Origin: a virus
Lineage: Duplodnaviria > Heunggongvirae > Uroviricota > Caudoviricetes
IMG/VR virus record: IMGVR_UViG_2541047908_000011
Span: 1-35,565 of that record
Length of the DNA stretch: 35,565 nucleotides
Direction: 5' to 3' (one strand)
The notes under the pieces: model-generated
The model's input: only the letters and a program-made list of their open reading frames with translations
The model's database searches: none
Told to the model about the DNA's origin: nothing
Part shown: positions 18,903-27,540 of the stretch, piece after piece
Numbering within the stretch: the stretch's first letter is position 1
How the letters are laid out: each line of letters starts with the position of its first letter
Position numbers and translations under genes: made by a program

Positions 18903-19943
18903 CTACATTCCCGCCTCGCGTAATATGAGCTCCCTTTTGCCTACAAGTTCAGAAAGAAGAGATTCCGAGGACACAAACTCGGCGTCCTGTCGCTCCAAAT
19001 TCAAGTGGAATTTGGTTCGTGCTAATGAACGACTGAGCCAATATGTCGTTGGATCTCCTTTAAATACAAAACCATAATCACAAGAGTTTGTATCGCTATG
19101 TTTATTCCAATCATCAATCATCCCCTCGATGTCATCAATATCAACATTCGGAGAAAGTTCATATCTAATTTTTGTTGAGGTATTTGCAGTTTGTGGATGG
19201 CTAATATTCATATTAATCAATAGTTTTTGCCACAGGCTAAACTCGTCAGGTTTTGACACATCAAGTTCAACAACCTTTTCAATTTTAGAAACAATATTAG
19301 CATTCTGCCTAATAACTTCATGTTTACCAGGATTTCTTACTAAACCAGCTACGAACTGTGGATAGTGTTTTTTCTTTGGCAGCACATCATCTGTTGGGTT
19401 AATTTTATAGCCCTTGATAACCACCTCATGCGTGCCATCTTCCTTCTCCACACTTTCCGCCACAACGTGGCTTGATGACTGTTTTAAAAAATGATAGAGA
19501 TAGCATTGCATCGCCTTCTGTCCCGTCAAAGCATGGTTAAACTTGATGCTAGCCACTAAATCCATGGATGGAATAAACCAAAAGTAAGTAGCAAAACCAG
19601 GAATACTTCCCTTCTGGATTGAATTAAGTATTACTGTTGGGTCCGTACCAAATTCTGTATCTTCCTGAACCGATGGAACACTTTGATCTGTAGAAGGAAC
19701 CTCATTCCAGAGCAACAAAACCACATTGTCACCAGCACGTTTCATATCCAGAAGATAAGCAGGTAAAACCTCATCATTTGCTTCATATGTCTTTGTCTGT
19801 TTGAGTTTTTTCCCTTCTGCCCATAAAGCAAGATCTGTGAGCAACTCGTCACAACCACCAAATGCAGGGCTTACAACACCGTAACGGTAGTAACCACATT
19901 TTTGAATTTTATAGAACGTAATCGTTACAGTTTCAGAAACCAT
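18903..19943 (-). CDS. Cargo gene A: 346-aa soluble protein of unknown function, translationally coupled to the membrane partner
   Basis: Long AT-rich ORF with no TM segments, no Walker motif and no phage-structural signature that I can recognise. Occupies the Q-to-holin interval. Confidence 0.7.
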   Translation of the reverse strand: MVSETVTITFYKIQKCGYYRYGVVSPAFGGCDELLTDLALWAEGKKLKQTKTYEANDEVLPAYLLDMKRAGDNVVLLLWNEVPSTDQSVPSVQEDTEFGTDPTVILNSIQKGSIPGFATYFWFIPSMDLVASIKFNHALTGQKAMQCYLYHFLKQSSSHVVAESVEKEDGTHEVVIKGYKINPTDDVLPKKKHYPQFVAGLVRNPGKHEVIRQNANIVSKIEKVVELDVSKPDEFSLWQKLLINMNISHPQTANTSTKIRYELSPNVDIDDIEGMIDDWNKHSDTNSCDYGFVFKGDPTTYWLSRSLARTKFHLNLERQDAEFVSSESLLSELVGKRELILREAGM

Positions 19944-20104
19944 AAACTCTTATCCAAATGAAGTAGGGAAGAGTCTAATTTAATACCAATTCATTTAAAG
20001 TGGTTACTGGTTATTTGATCATATTGATAGTGTACAAACATACAGTATCATATCCACATCCTGCATCAAAGCAGGAATCACCTATTGTTAGATACCATAC
20101 ATAC

Positions 20105-20223
20105 TGTTTTTACGATCAACAAAAGCCCACTCGGAGGCGGGCTGTAAAAATTCCTCTAACGTCAGGCATAAAACGCCCATCGTTAGGGCGAATTTAACAC
20201 AGATTCGGGAAAAATCAACGATA
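20105..20223 (-). promoter_or_regulatory. Late promoter / leader region (pR'-like with qut-like leader and tR'-like hairpins)
   Basis: Just downstream of the Q-like stop: TTGATT, 15-16 nt spacer, TTAAAT, then two hairpin-plus-U-run elements (about 20174-20190 and 20120-20143). Matches the lambdoid arrangement by position. Coordinates approximate. Confidence 0.4.
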
Positions 20224-21045
20224 CTATCGCGTTACCCTCTTTAACTGCCGCTCCGCCCATGCCTCTTCAATGTCAAACCGAACCACCAACGTATCGTAAA
20301 AGCGTTTCACTGATTTTTTCCACGTATCAAGCGTGATAGCACTCGTCACTTTGCGTATGGCATTAAATGCCTCCGTTGATGGTAGTCTTTCATAGCCACG
20401 ACCACCACAACGCTGGCAGTCTCTGATAACAGGCATACCACGTTTTACCGACTCTTCACGATGAATGGCGACACCACGCCCACGGCAATCCTTACAGGCG
20501 GTGGAAACCTCACCCTTTCCGCCACACTCCGGACACGCAACTTTTACCACCTCCCTGACTTTTTTCCATTCTTCCCAGTAAGACGGATACACACCTTTCG
20601 TACACTTTGCCCATACCGGCGGCTTACCATCCGGATACTGGACCTTGTTTGTAAAAACTATGCTTTCAATAAATTTTTCCCCATAGCAACAAGGGCACTG
20701 CTTTTTACTCGCTGCGCTGCGGGCATAATCCTCAAAAGCGTACGAAGCCATAATGCGCATCACTACCGGTTTTATTTCTGCCGGAAGTTTTCTCAACGCC
20801 GCCACACGATCGCACCGACTGAGTGCATAATCTGCCAGTAATTCTGTTGCCCGCGCCCTGTCATTCATACTGATGCCCATTTTCCCCAGGAACGCAGAAA
20901 AACCCATCTCAGCCCGATTCTGTGTCATGCCCTGCGCGGCCATCACATCAGTGATACTCAGCGCATCTTTTGACGTTGAGGCCGATGCATCGGTCAGGCC
21001 AGGGGATTTTGGGGAGTAGTATTTCGGTAAATCTTCCAGTTTCAT
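20224..21045 (-). CDS. Antitermination protein Q-like (zinc-finger containing)
   Basis: 273-aa ORF with Cys clusters (CPECGGKG...CKDCRGRG...CQRCGGRG). Position is canonical: after RusA, immediately upstream of the late promoter and lysis genes. Confidence 0.6.
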   Translation of the reverse strand: MKLEDLPKYYSPKSPGLTDASASTSKDALSITDVMAAQGMTQNRAEMGFSAFLGKMGISMNDRARATELLADYALSRCDRVAALRKLPAEIKPVVMRIMASYAFEDYARSAASKKQCPCCYGEKFIESIVFTNKVQYPDGKPPVWAKCTKGVYPSYWEEWKKVREVVKVACPECGGKGEVSTACKDCRGRGVAIHREESVKRGMPVIRDCQRCGGRGYERLPSTEAFNAIRKVTSAITLDTWKKSVKRFYDTLVVRFDIEEAWAERQLKRVTR

Positions 21046-21059
21046 TTTTTGACCTGCTC

Positions 21060-21416
21060 TTAATGCATTATGGGGTAATTCTTCACCCCCAGACGTCCAC
21101 CAGATACTGGCTGACCACGAACGATATTGATTTCATCAAACTGCTCATCGTCCATTAACACTCCCGCATGCGTCAGCGCATCCAGCGGTGCTTTCAGGAT
21201 ATTGTCCAGGTCGCGACGACGCTTATCCGGTGGCTCTGCAATCACCTTTATCGCCAGCCTTCCGGACAGGCTTAATTTCAGCCGCTGCTGGCGAACAATA
21301 AGCGCCACAGCCCGGCGATAACGCTTTCCCTCCTCCGAGATAAAATATGTGCTGCCACGGCGTCGCCAGTAAGTGTTCACCGTCGGCGGGTAAGGTAAAA
21401 CCAAATCTATGAGCAT
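21060..21416 (-). CDS. rusA: Holliday junction resolvase RusA
   Basis: 118-aa ORF with YPPTVNTYWRRRG... and RRRDLDN...DAL...D motifs matching RusA. Confidence 0.85.
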   Translation of the reverse strand: MLIDLVLPYPPTVNTYWRRRGSTYFISEEGKRYRRAVALIVRQQRLKLSLSGRLAIKVIAEPPDKRRRDLDNILKAPLDALTHAGVLMDDEQFDEINIVRGQPVSGGRLGVKNYPIMH

Positions 21417-21428
21417 CAGTCACCTCTT

Positions 21429-22397
21429 TTACCCAAGCACGCCAGTTGCAAAGGCGTGATCAAGAAAACGAAAAATTAAATCAACCTGAGAACCATGCTT
21501 TTCTTCGAACGCCAGAGGATCCGCATGAAGCTCGTTGTGATGCTCCCGACACAGCGGTAGCGTGAAAATATCGTGAGATTTTGTCCCCATTCCGCCCTGA
21601 CCATGACCAATCAGGTGATGGGGATCGTCGGCTGGCTTACCACAACACGCACACGGCTGTGTCTTCACCCAGCGTGTGTATTTCTCGTTAACCCAGCGGC
21701 GACGTTTAGGTCGTTTCATGAAAGATTCCGGAGACTCAGGATCAACGGCAATGCTGACCACCGTCTTTTCCTGTGGTGGGTTCTGTTGCTGGTGGGCGTG
21801 AGGCAGCGGCGCAAGATTTTTTGTGCGCTGTTTCAGTATGCTGGTGGCGGTCTGCTCTCCCGGTACGATGTCGCTTTCACGGTACATTGAGCGGATTTTT
21901 TCCGCACGCAACCCCAGCGAACGACGTAATACCGCTTCCGGTAGCGCGTCCGCCACCTGATTGCGGACCGCCCACCAGGATAATTCAGCCAGAGATAATT
22001 CACGCTCCTGCGTACCGCTTATTGCGTGACCGATGACGTCAATCATCCATGCTGACAGGTTTTGATGAGCAAGTTGCTCGAGTGATTCGGATGTCTGGTC
22101 ACGCAACTGGTTGTCGCAGTGCCAGCACAACACCATTGCGCCGGTACCATAACGGTGAATGACGGTTTCGCTGTGATGATAATCGCCGTGTGGCCACTGG
22201 CAGGATTTAATATGGCGCAACAGCCAGTCAGACAATGCACCAGCAGCACGAATCACCCGTGCGTTACTGAAAAACGGCAGCAATGTTTTGTCTTCCACCA
22301 GCGGCTGGCGAACGGCAGGAACGACCCCGGACGGCAGATTACGCATGCTTTTCGGTTCAGGCTCCACCAGCACTCGAGGGTTATGAAATACTTGCAT
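21429..22397 (-). CDS. DUF968-family phage protein (YdfU-like)
   Basis: C-terminal PCACCGKPADDPHHLIGHGQGG...LPLCREHHNELH motif. Start set at internal ATG 22397; the upstream in-frame start at 22541 would overlap the next gene. Confidence 0.6.
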   Translation of the reverse strand: MQVFHNPRVLVEPEPKSMRNLPSGVVPAVRQPLVEDKTLLPFFSNARVIRAAGALSDWLLRHIKSCQWPHGDYHHSETVIHRYGTGAMVLCWHCDNQLRDQTSESLEQLAHQNLSAWMIDVIGHAISGTQERELSLAELSWWAVRNQVADALPEAVLRRSLGLRAEKIRSMYRESDIVPGEQTATSILKQRTKNLAPLPHAHQQQNPPQEKTVVSIAVDPESPESFMKRPKRRRWVNEKYTRWVKTQPCACCGKPADDPHHLIGHGQGGMGTKSHDIFTLPLCREHHNELHADPLAFEEKHGSQVDLIFRFLDHAFATGVLG

Positions 22398-22470
22398 GGA
22401 TTCACAGCCCGGCCTAAGGACCACAAGCCCGAGTTCCGGTACCAGAACAGGTCGAAGTAATATCCGCACG

Positions 22471-22743
22471 TTACCTCCAGATCCGTTGCTGGTATGTGCG
22501 GGATGGGCGCGGTGGGCGTTCGGAATAAGGGAGCCTGACATAGATTATCCAGTGACGATAATCGAGGCTGAGGGCTTTCTTAATCTCGTATCCGCGTCTG
22601 CGGTAGTTATGAATTAGCCATTCGGCCTGTTCTTCAGTACATGGTGGGTGTTGGTACCAGTCGGTTTTAAATGCGTGTGAACGCCGCTCATGCCGGATGG
22701 CAAGGTCGGTATCAGAATTGTGAAATTTGGTTTTGTGCGCCAT
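22471..22743 (-). CDS. Hypothetical nin-region protein
   Basis: 90-aa basic ORF on the coding strand between hok and the DUF968 gene. Confidence 0.35.
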   Translation of the reverse strand: MAHKTKFHNSDTDLAIRHERRSHAFKTDWYQHPPCTEEQAEWLIHNYRRRGYEIKKALSLDYRHWIIYVRLPYSERPPRPSRTYQQRIWR

Positions 22744-22811
22744 CTGTTTTCTCTGCTGGCGCAGCAGGTGTCAGGTGTTCAGGCTGACGTGCGAATTGTA
22801 AACCAGAATGC

Positions 22812-22842
22812 CAGGAAAAAACAAAACCCGCCGAAGCGGGTT
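22812..22842 (-). terminator. Rho-independent terminator downstream of hok
   Basis: Minus strand AACCCGCTTCGGCGGGTT followed by TTTGTTTTTT. Coordinates approximate. Confidence 0.55.
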
Positions 22843-22910
22843 AAGTGCGGGTGCGTTGAGGATGCCTGACTCATCAGAGGTGGCGAGGGATTTCCCCCTC
22901 GCCTGGTCTC

Positions 22911-23066
22911 TTACTCCTCAGGTTCGTAAGCTGTGAAGACAGCGACCTCCGTCTGGCCGGTTCGGATTCGTACCTCGCAGAGGTCTTTCCTCGTTACCAG
23001 TGCCGTCACTATGACGGTTAAACAGATGACGATCAGGGCGATTAACATCGCCTTTTGCTGCTTCAT
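22911..23066 (-). CDS. hokD: Hok/Gef-family type I toxin (HokD/RelF-like)
   Basis: 51-aa product MKQQKAMLIALIVICLTVIVTALVTRKDLCEVRIRTGQTEVAVFTAYEPEE: single TM helix plus conserved RK.LCE..R.....EVAAF-type tail. The in-frame upstream extension to 23123 may correspond to mok. Confidence 0.8.
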   Translation of the reverse strand: MKQQKAMLIALIVICLTVIVTALVTRKDLCEVRIRTGQTEVAVFTAYEPEE

Positions 23067-23303
23067 AGCCTGCTTCTCCTTGCCTTTCGGCGCGTAAGAG
23101 GCTAACCTAGATTTGCCGTTCATAGATTGAGCCTCAGATTAATGTTAAGCGTCTTGCCGGACGCGTAATGTTAACTGGGGCTTTTCTCTATCTGCCTTTC
23201 AGTGTTCATGCCTGAGACAGATAGCCTCAAGCACCCGCAGCCATTCTACTTAACTCACGTCACCTCGCCAATATGAAATCAATCAGAAAGGTGATCCATA
23301 AAA

Positions 23304-23990
23304 TCACTCCTTCTCTTCTTTTCCGTAGTGGAGTTGGCCAATTTTGATAAGAGGGCGTCCCTGAGATTTGCGGTGTAGATTGGTATCGCGCAGAGAATAC
23401 ACACAGCCACAATATTCCTGCTGATAGAATTTTTCGCGCTTGCTGATTTCAATCATACGGGACGAGCCGCCCTGCTTGCGCCAGTTATAATCCCAGTACA
23501 CCATACCCGGATAATGCGCAACAGCTCGCCGCCCACACTCGTTAACCTGCTGCATATTTTTCCAGCGTGAAATGCCCAGTGAACTACTGATCACACTGAA
23601 ACCATTTTCAGCAGCGTACAACGCTGTCCGCTCAAAACGCATGTCAAAACACATGGTACAACGGATCCCCCTCTCAGGCTCCCATTCCATTCCTTTGGCA
23701 CGTTCAAACCAGTTGTCGGTGTCGTAATCAGCATCGATAAACGGCACGCCGTGTTGTTCAGCAAAGCGAATATTTTCATCCTTACGAATTAAATACTCTT
23801 TCTGAGGATGAATGTTCGGGTTGTAGAAAAAGATGGTGTAGTCGATTCCCGAGGCCTGAAGCGCCTCCATCACTTCACCGGAACATGGAGCACAGCAAGA
23901 GTGCAGTAGTAGTTTGTTTGCCCCGTTTGGGAGCTCCAATTTAGGCCGTTTGAAATCAGCAATAGTCATAAATATTTTTATTGGGGTCAT
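23304..23990 (-). CDS. queH: QueH-like epoxyqueuosine reductase homolog (DUF208, Cys-rich)
   Basis: 228-aa ORF with [17 protein letters not shown] and CGC cysteine motifs, consistent with DUF208/QueH as I remember the family. Start ambiguous (23990 or 23969). Confidence 0.55.
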   Translation of the reverse strand: MTPIKIFMTIADFKRPKLELPNGANKLLLHSCCAPCSGEVMEALQASGIDYTIFFYNPNIHPQKEYLIRKDENIRFAEQHGVPFIDADYDTDNWFERAKGMEWEPERGIRCTMCFDMRFERTALYAAENGFSVISSSLGISRWKNMQQVNECGRRAVAHYPGMVYWDYNWRKQGGSSRMIEISKREKFYQQEYCGCVYSLRDTNLHRKSQGRPLIKIGQLHYGKEEKE

Positions 23991-24143
23991 GAAAATAGCA
24001 CAGAGTGTAGCATCAGAGCAGGGCTATCGGGAATATATGTCTAAATCTGGTAATATCTGGTTTTGACGCAAAGCGGACAACCACGCTGGCTCTACCCTGC
24101 GCCATGAAAATGTCAATTCACATCTGAACTAATGCTCTTTAAT

Positions 24144-24584
24144 CTAGTAACGTCTAAAATACCTAACATTTCCTTGATAAAATGCCAGTACACGCTGCAT
24201 AGCTTCGCTCTTCCGGCACTCGCGACAGATTATGTTCATACGCCTGTCGTAGCGGCGTATTTCGCCGTCTGGTAACGACCAGATAAGGTCCGGATCAACC
24301 ACTGCAGGTTTCTTCAGCTTTGCCCTTGAGAGCTTTTTACGGGCATTTTGCCAGTCCTTACGCGCCTGTTCAGACGGGAATAACCCGTAACCAGAGTTGT
24401 ATACATCGCCACTGGCAACCAGTTCTCTGGCCAGAACGCTCATCAGATATCTTGTCGCACCTGTCTTGGCTTCCAGTTGCCGTAACGTCTCGCGCCCACT
24501 CCGGCGTACTAGCTCAACAACCTGCCCTTTAATTTTTTCCCGCTCTTCTTGTGTAAATACTTTTGCCATAAGCGCCTCCGGCAA
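24144..24584 (-). CDS. Hypothetical nin-region protein
   Basis: 146-aa basic ORF whose start abuts the stop of the upstream gene. Confidence 0.5.
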   Translation of the reverse strand: MPEALMAKVFTQEEREKIKGQVVELVRRSGRETLRQLEAKTGATRYLMSVLARELVASGDVYNSGYGLFPSEQARKDWQNARKKLSRAKLKKPAVVDPDLIWSLPDGEIRRYDRRMNIICRECRKSEAMQRVLAFYQGNVRYFRRY

Positions 24585-25355
24585 TCACTTTTCCGATACA
24601 ACACGGCGGGAAGAATCAGTAATCTGTCGAACAATATCCCGGTGCTTGTTCAACTCCCGCAGCGCGGCGCAGACTCGCTCCCACTTCTGAACATCACTTT
24701 TCGCCCTGCGCAGCGCCAGGTTTGCCCTGCGAAGGGACGGAAAAATCAGCTCATCTGCTTGCGTTTCGGTAAACGATGGCAACGGCTGCACAATGTCCGC
24801 CACAGTTTCTGTTTTAATTTCTTCCTGTGTTGCGGCTTCCCGGACTGGTAACGCAGCACCTGCTGGCTGAGGAAAGGCCTTACCATCACTTTCCGTTACC
24901 AGCGCGGCTTTCGGCTCTGCTGGTAAATTATCGCCCGGCATGCAGTAACGAAATTTACCGTTCTGATTAACGCGTGCCAGCCGCCCCGTTGCGGTTACCA
25001 CCGCCAGCGTGGAAGCAACCTTGCGAGTACTGACACCGAACTTACCCGCCAGTTCCTCACACGTTTTAGCCCCATCCTGACCGATAAACTCAATCATCAT
25101 GTCTGCGGTAACTTTTTGTTCGACCTCCCCGGTCAGCATATCCTGTGCTTCAGATTTTACTGGCCGCTCTTCGGTTACCCGGGATTCACCTTCGCCAGCC
25201 AGAAACCAGGTGTGACCAGTTTTATCAACGACGCCATTTCTTTTGAGTTCCCACAGCTCGTTAACAGCCTCTTCACGACTGATTCCAAGGCGAGCTGCCA
25301 CCACATGTGAAGAGGCTTTTTTCAGTGCTTTCAGTGCGTCAGATACGGTTTCCAT
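24585..25355 (-). CDS. Phage protein with N-terminal winged-helix-like domain (DUF1627-like)
   Basis: 256-aa ORF downstream of the DnaC-like gene. Assignment is by resemblance and weak. Confidence 0.45.
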   Translation of the reverse strand: METVSDALKALKKASSHVVAARLGISREEAVNELWELKRNGVVDKTGHTWFLAGEGESRVTEERPVKSEAQDMLTGEVEQKVTADMMIEFIGQDGAKTCEELAGKFGVSTRKVASTLAVVTATGRLARVNQNGKFRYCMPGDNLPAEPKAALVTESDGKAFPQPAGAALPVREAATQEEIKTETVADIVQPLPSFTETQADELIFPSLRRANLALRRAKSDVQKWERVCAALRELNKHRDIVRQITDSSRRVVSEK

Positions 25356-25376
25356 TAAAATTTCCTCCGGACAAAA

Positions 25377-26123
25377 TTACTTCACAACCCTCATATTGCT
25401 GACATTTGGACGCCAGCTATCCCAGTTAAACGTCACCCATCGACCACCGTTCATGGTCATGCGGTCCATAATCCTCTCACCAAGAAGCGTACTCATTGCG
25501 GCATGATTCAGGTTTGTTAACATCCCGACACTGCACAGTGATGCTGTCCGGCGATCAATTATCTGGTGCAATACCACCTGCTCGTTTTTCGTCTCCCGCT
25601 GAACGCCTATTTCATCCAGGACCAGCAAATCAACCCCGCAAAGCTCCTGTAAAAATTTTTCCCCGGATTTGCCGTTGTCGTAGCTGTCATGCAACACGCT
25701 CATGACGTCAGACACGGTGACGATAATCACGCTGCGCCCCTTCACCATCAGCCGGTTGCCCATCGCCGCTGCAAGGTGATTTTTCCCGGTGCCGGTTTTA
25801 CCGCTGAACACAAAATTCGTGCACCCGGTCATCAGTTCGTCAGCTATGGATTTGGCCTGGCTCAGCGCGTATTTTTGCCCGTCGTTCTGCACCTGATAAT
25901 TTGCAAACGAGCATTTGCTGTGCAGAGGCTGGATGCCCGAACGATTCAGGATTTTTTCCACCCGCAACTGGCGATTCTGGCGGTTAATCTCCTCGCTGCG
26001 TTTTCGTCCTTCAGCAAGTTGCCATTCCCGCCACTCCTCCACCGTCCGGTACGGTGGAACCGACCCCTGTGGTGCAAGTCTGCGAATACGTTCAAGAACC
26101 CCAACTGCCGCAATGTTTTTCAT
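25377..26123 (-). CDS. DnaC-like helicase loader / replication protein (IstB-type AAA+ ATPase)
   Basis: 248-aa ORF with Walker A GKTGTGKNHLAAA and Walker B LLVLDEIG. Immediately downstream of the O-like initiator. Confidence 0.85.
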   Translation of the reverse strand: MKNIAAVGVLERIRRLAPQGSVPPYRTVEEWREWQLAEGRKRSEEINRQNRQLRVEKILNRSGIQPLHSKCSFANYQVQNDGQKYALSQAKSIADELMTGCTNFVFSGKTGTGKNHLAAAMGNRLMVKGRSVIIVTVSDVMSVLHDSYDNGKSGEKFLQELCGVDLLVLDEIGVQRETKNEQVVLHQIIDRRTASLCSVGMLTNLNHAAMSTLLGERIMDRMTMNGGRWVTFNWDSWRPNVSNMRVVK

Positions 26124-26129
26124 GACACG

Positions 26130-27092
26130 TCACCCCCTGAATCCCGGCGGTATTTCAGTGTCCGGTTCAGAAATGTGATTCACGCAACGCTGCGCAGGCG
26201 AACGCCCCAGGCGGATAACCAGTTCATCCCATTTTTCCCGGAGTTTTGCCGGACTCATGATGTTTTTTACCCAGAACGAATCCCGCTGGAGACGCCCAAA
26301 CATTTCACAAATTTGTCTGTGAGTTCTGCCATCCAGCATCCGCATTGTGCGAACGTCATTGGCCCATGCTGTCCAGTTGGGTTCTTTCGGTCTAGTGATC
26401 TCGCCATCATAGCTGGCCGCCTGCTCGTAAAGACTCACGATTCGTCCCCAGATCCACTGTGCGCACACCAAATCTTCCTGACTTCCCCACTGGCGTTTTT
26501 TCGCACTGAACACAACCGCGTCAGGGTGTCGGGTTAAAAAATCCTGTTCAGCCGTCTGCGGGTCCGGTTGCGAAGCGTCCGGACAAGAAGATCTTTTATC
26601 TGACGGATCAGGTTTTAATACTGACGGATCGGGGTCAATCATCGCCCCCCTAATCGGCAGTTTTTTATCAACAGTTGATCCATCAAAATTTGACGGGTCA
26701 ACCGTTGAGGGGTCAATATTTGACGGGTCAACTGTTAACGGGTCATTTTTTGCCGGGCTAATTTTTCTTTTCGGTTTATATGACTCACGCGCCGCCGCCG
26801 CAGCTGCTTCGAGTTTTTCCACATTAAGCCGATAGATATTGCTTACATTACGCCCACCGACCTTACGCTCTTCCTTCGTCAGCCAGCCCTCTTTCGCCAG
26901 TTCTGCAATAGCCGATTTCACTGTGGATTCACTTCTTGCACCGATCTGACGCCGGATAGTTTCAATGGCAGGCCATGACACGCCCTCGTCATTGCTGTAG
27001 TCTGCAAGACGGGCCATAACCGCCACCCTGGATAAGATCATGCCGGTGAAGGCGCACCCTTCCCAGACAAGACCATGAAGCTTGCTGCTCAT
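26130..27092 (-). CDS. Replication initiator protein (lambda O-like; origin iterons embedded)
   Basis: N-terminal HTH-like region. The central repeated peptide PLTVDPSNIDPSTVDPSNFDGSTVD is encoded by DNA iterons. Start at ATG 27092 (an alternative GTG lies at 27107). Confidence 0.75.
   Translation of the reverse strand: MSSKLHGLVWEGCAFTGMILSRVAVMARLADYSNDEGVSWPAIETIRRQIGARSESTVKSAIAELAKEGWLTKEERKVGGRNVSNIYRLNVEKLEAAAAAARESYKPKRKISPAKNDPLTVDPSNIDPSTVDPSNFDGSTVDKKLPIRGAMIDPDPSVLKPDPSDKRSSCPDASQPDPQTAEQDFLTRHPDAVVFSAKKRQWGSQEDLVCAQWIWGRIVSLYEQAASYDGEITRPKEPNWTAWANDVRTMRMLDGRTHRQICEMFGRLQRDSFWVKNIMSPAKLREKWDELVIRLGRSPAQRCVNHISEPDTEIPPGFRG
26595..26790. repeat. Candidate replication origin: iterons of TGACGG(A/G)TCA with GGGGTCAAT units, followed by an AT-rich stretch
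   Basis: At least four TGACGG(A/G)TCA copies (about 26601, 26622, 26691, 26721) inside the O-like gene, then ATTTTTCTTTTCGGTTTATATGA. Mirrors the lambda ori-in-O arrangement. Confidence 0.6.
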
Positions 27093-27114
27093 AAAACCCC
27101 CGAACACCGTGCTT

Positions 27115-27540
27115 TTAGTGCATCACCACAGCATTCCCTGCCGGGCCGCCGCGATTCATCTGGTCATACAAAACAACCGCTGACGCAACAAAATCATCGA
27201 CATCCTTCACCAGCCGATCCCTCCGTTCGACGATCTCACGGTAATATTCAGAACTGTGGCTGCGCATACGGGCCACCAGCAAAGGTGGCATTGCCTTTTC
27301 GATCGCTGGTAACAACGCCTGAATTTTTTCAACTGCATCAGGGGTGTCTTTCTCTACCCAGCGGAAAATTTTCTGGGTATTGCGAGCCAGGGCTTCCGGA
27401 TGGCTGTCGTCATACAGTTCCGGGAACGTCATTCCCAGCTCGAAATAAGTCCGGGCTATTTCAGCTGCTGGAACTTTCTCACCGTCTGGATACGCCCAGG
27501 CATTCATTGCCATGCGGATGTGTTCATGCTTGATTTTCAT
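27115..27540 (-). CDS. YdaT-like (CII-like) early regulatory protein
   Basis: 141-aa ORF, MKIKHEHIRMAMNAWAYPDGEK..., between the cro-like gene and the O-like gene. Resembles Rac prophage YdaT as I remember it. Confidence 0.55.
   Translation of the reverse strand: MKIKHEHIRMAMNAWAYPDGEKVPAAEIARTYFELGMTFPELYDDSHPEALARNTQKIFRWVEKDTPDAVEKIQALLPAIEKAMPPLLVARMRSHSSEYYREIVERRDRLVKDVDDFVASAVVLYDQMNRGGPAGNAVVMH

Noticed and set aside
18393-19943. Possibility that the cargo at the Q-to-lysis position is Shiga toxin (stxAB)
   Set aside because: The products are a 346-aa protein with no signal peptide and a 169-aa four-TM protein. Neither resembles StxA or the 89-aa secreted StxB in size, composition or sequence.
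22397-22541. Upstream in-frame start (22541) for the DUF968 gene
   Set aside because: It would overlap the 90-aa upstream ORF by about 70 nt and adds a Pro/His/Arg-rich N-terminus; the internal ATG at 22397 is preferred, though neither has a clear SD.
25689-26537. 282-aa plus-strand ORF
   Set aside because: Antisense to the DnaC-like and O-like genes, which have clear Walker motifs and iteron-encoded repeats on the minus strand.
26595-26790. Possible CRISPR array at the short direct repeats
   Set aside because: The repeats are about 10-12 bp, irregularly spaced, lie inside a coding sequence and encode a repeated peptide. They are origin iterons, not CRISPR repeats; no CRISPR array or cas genes were seen in the window.
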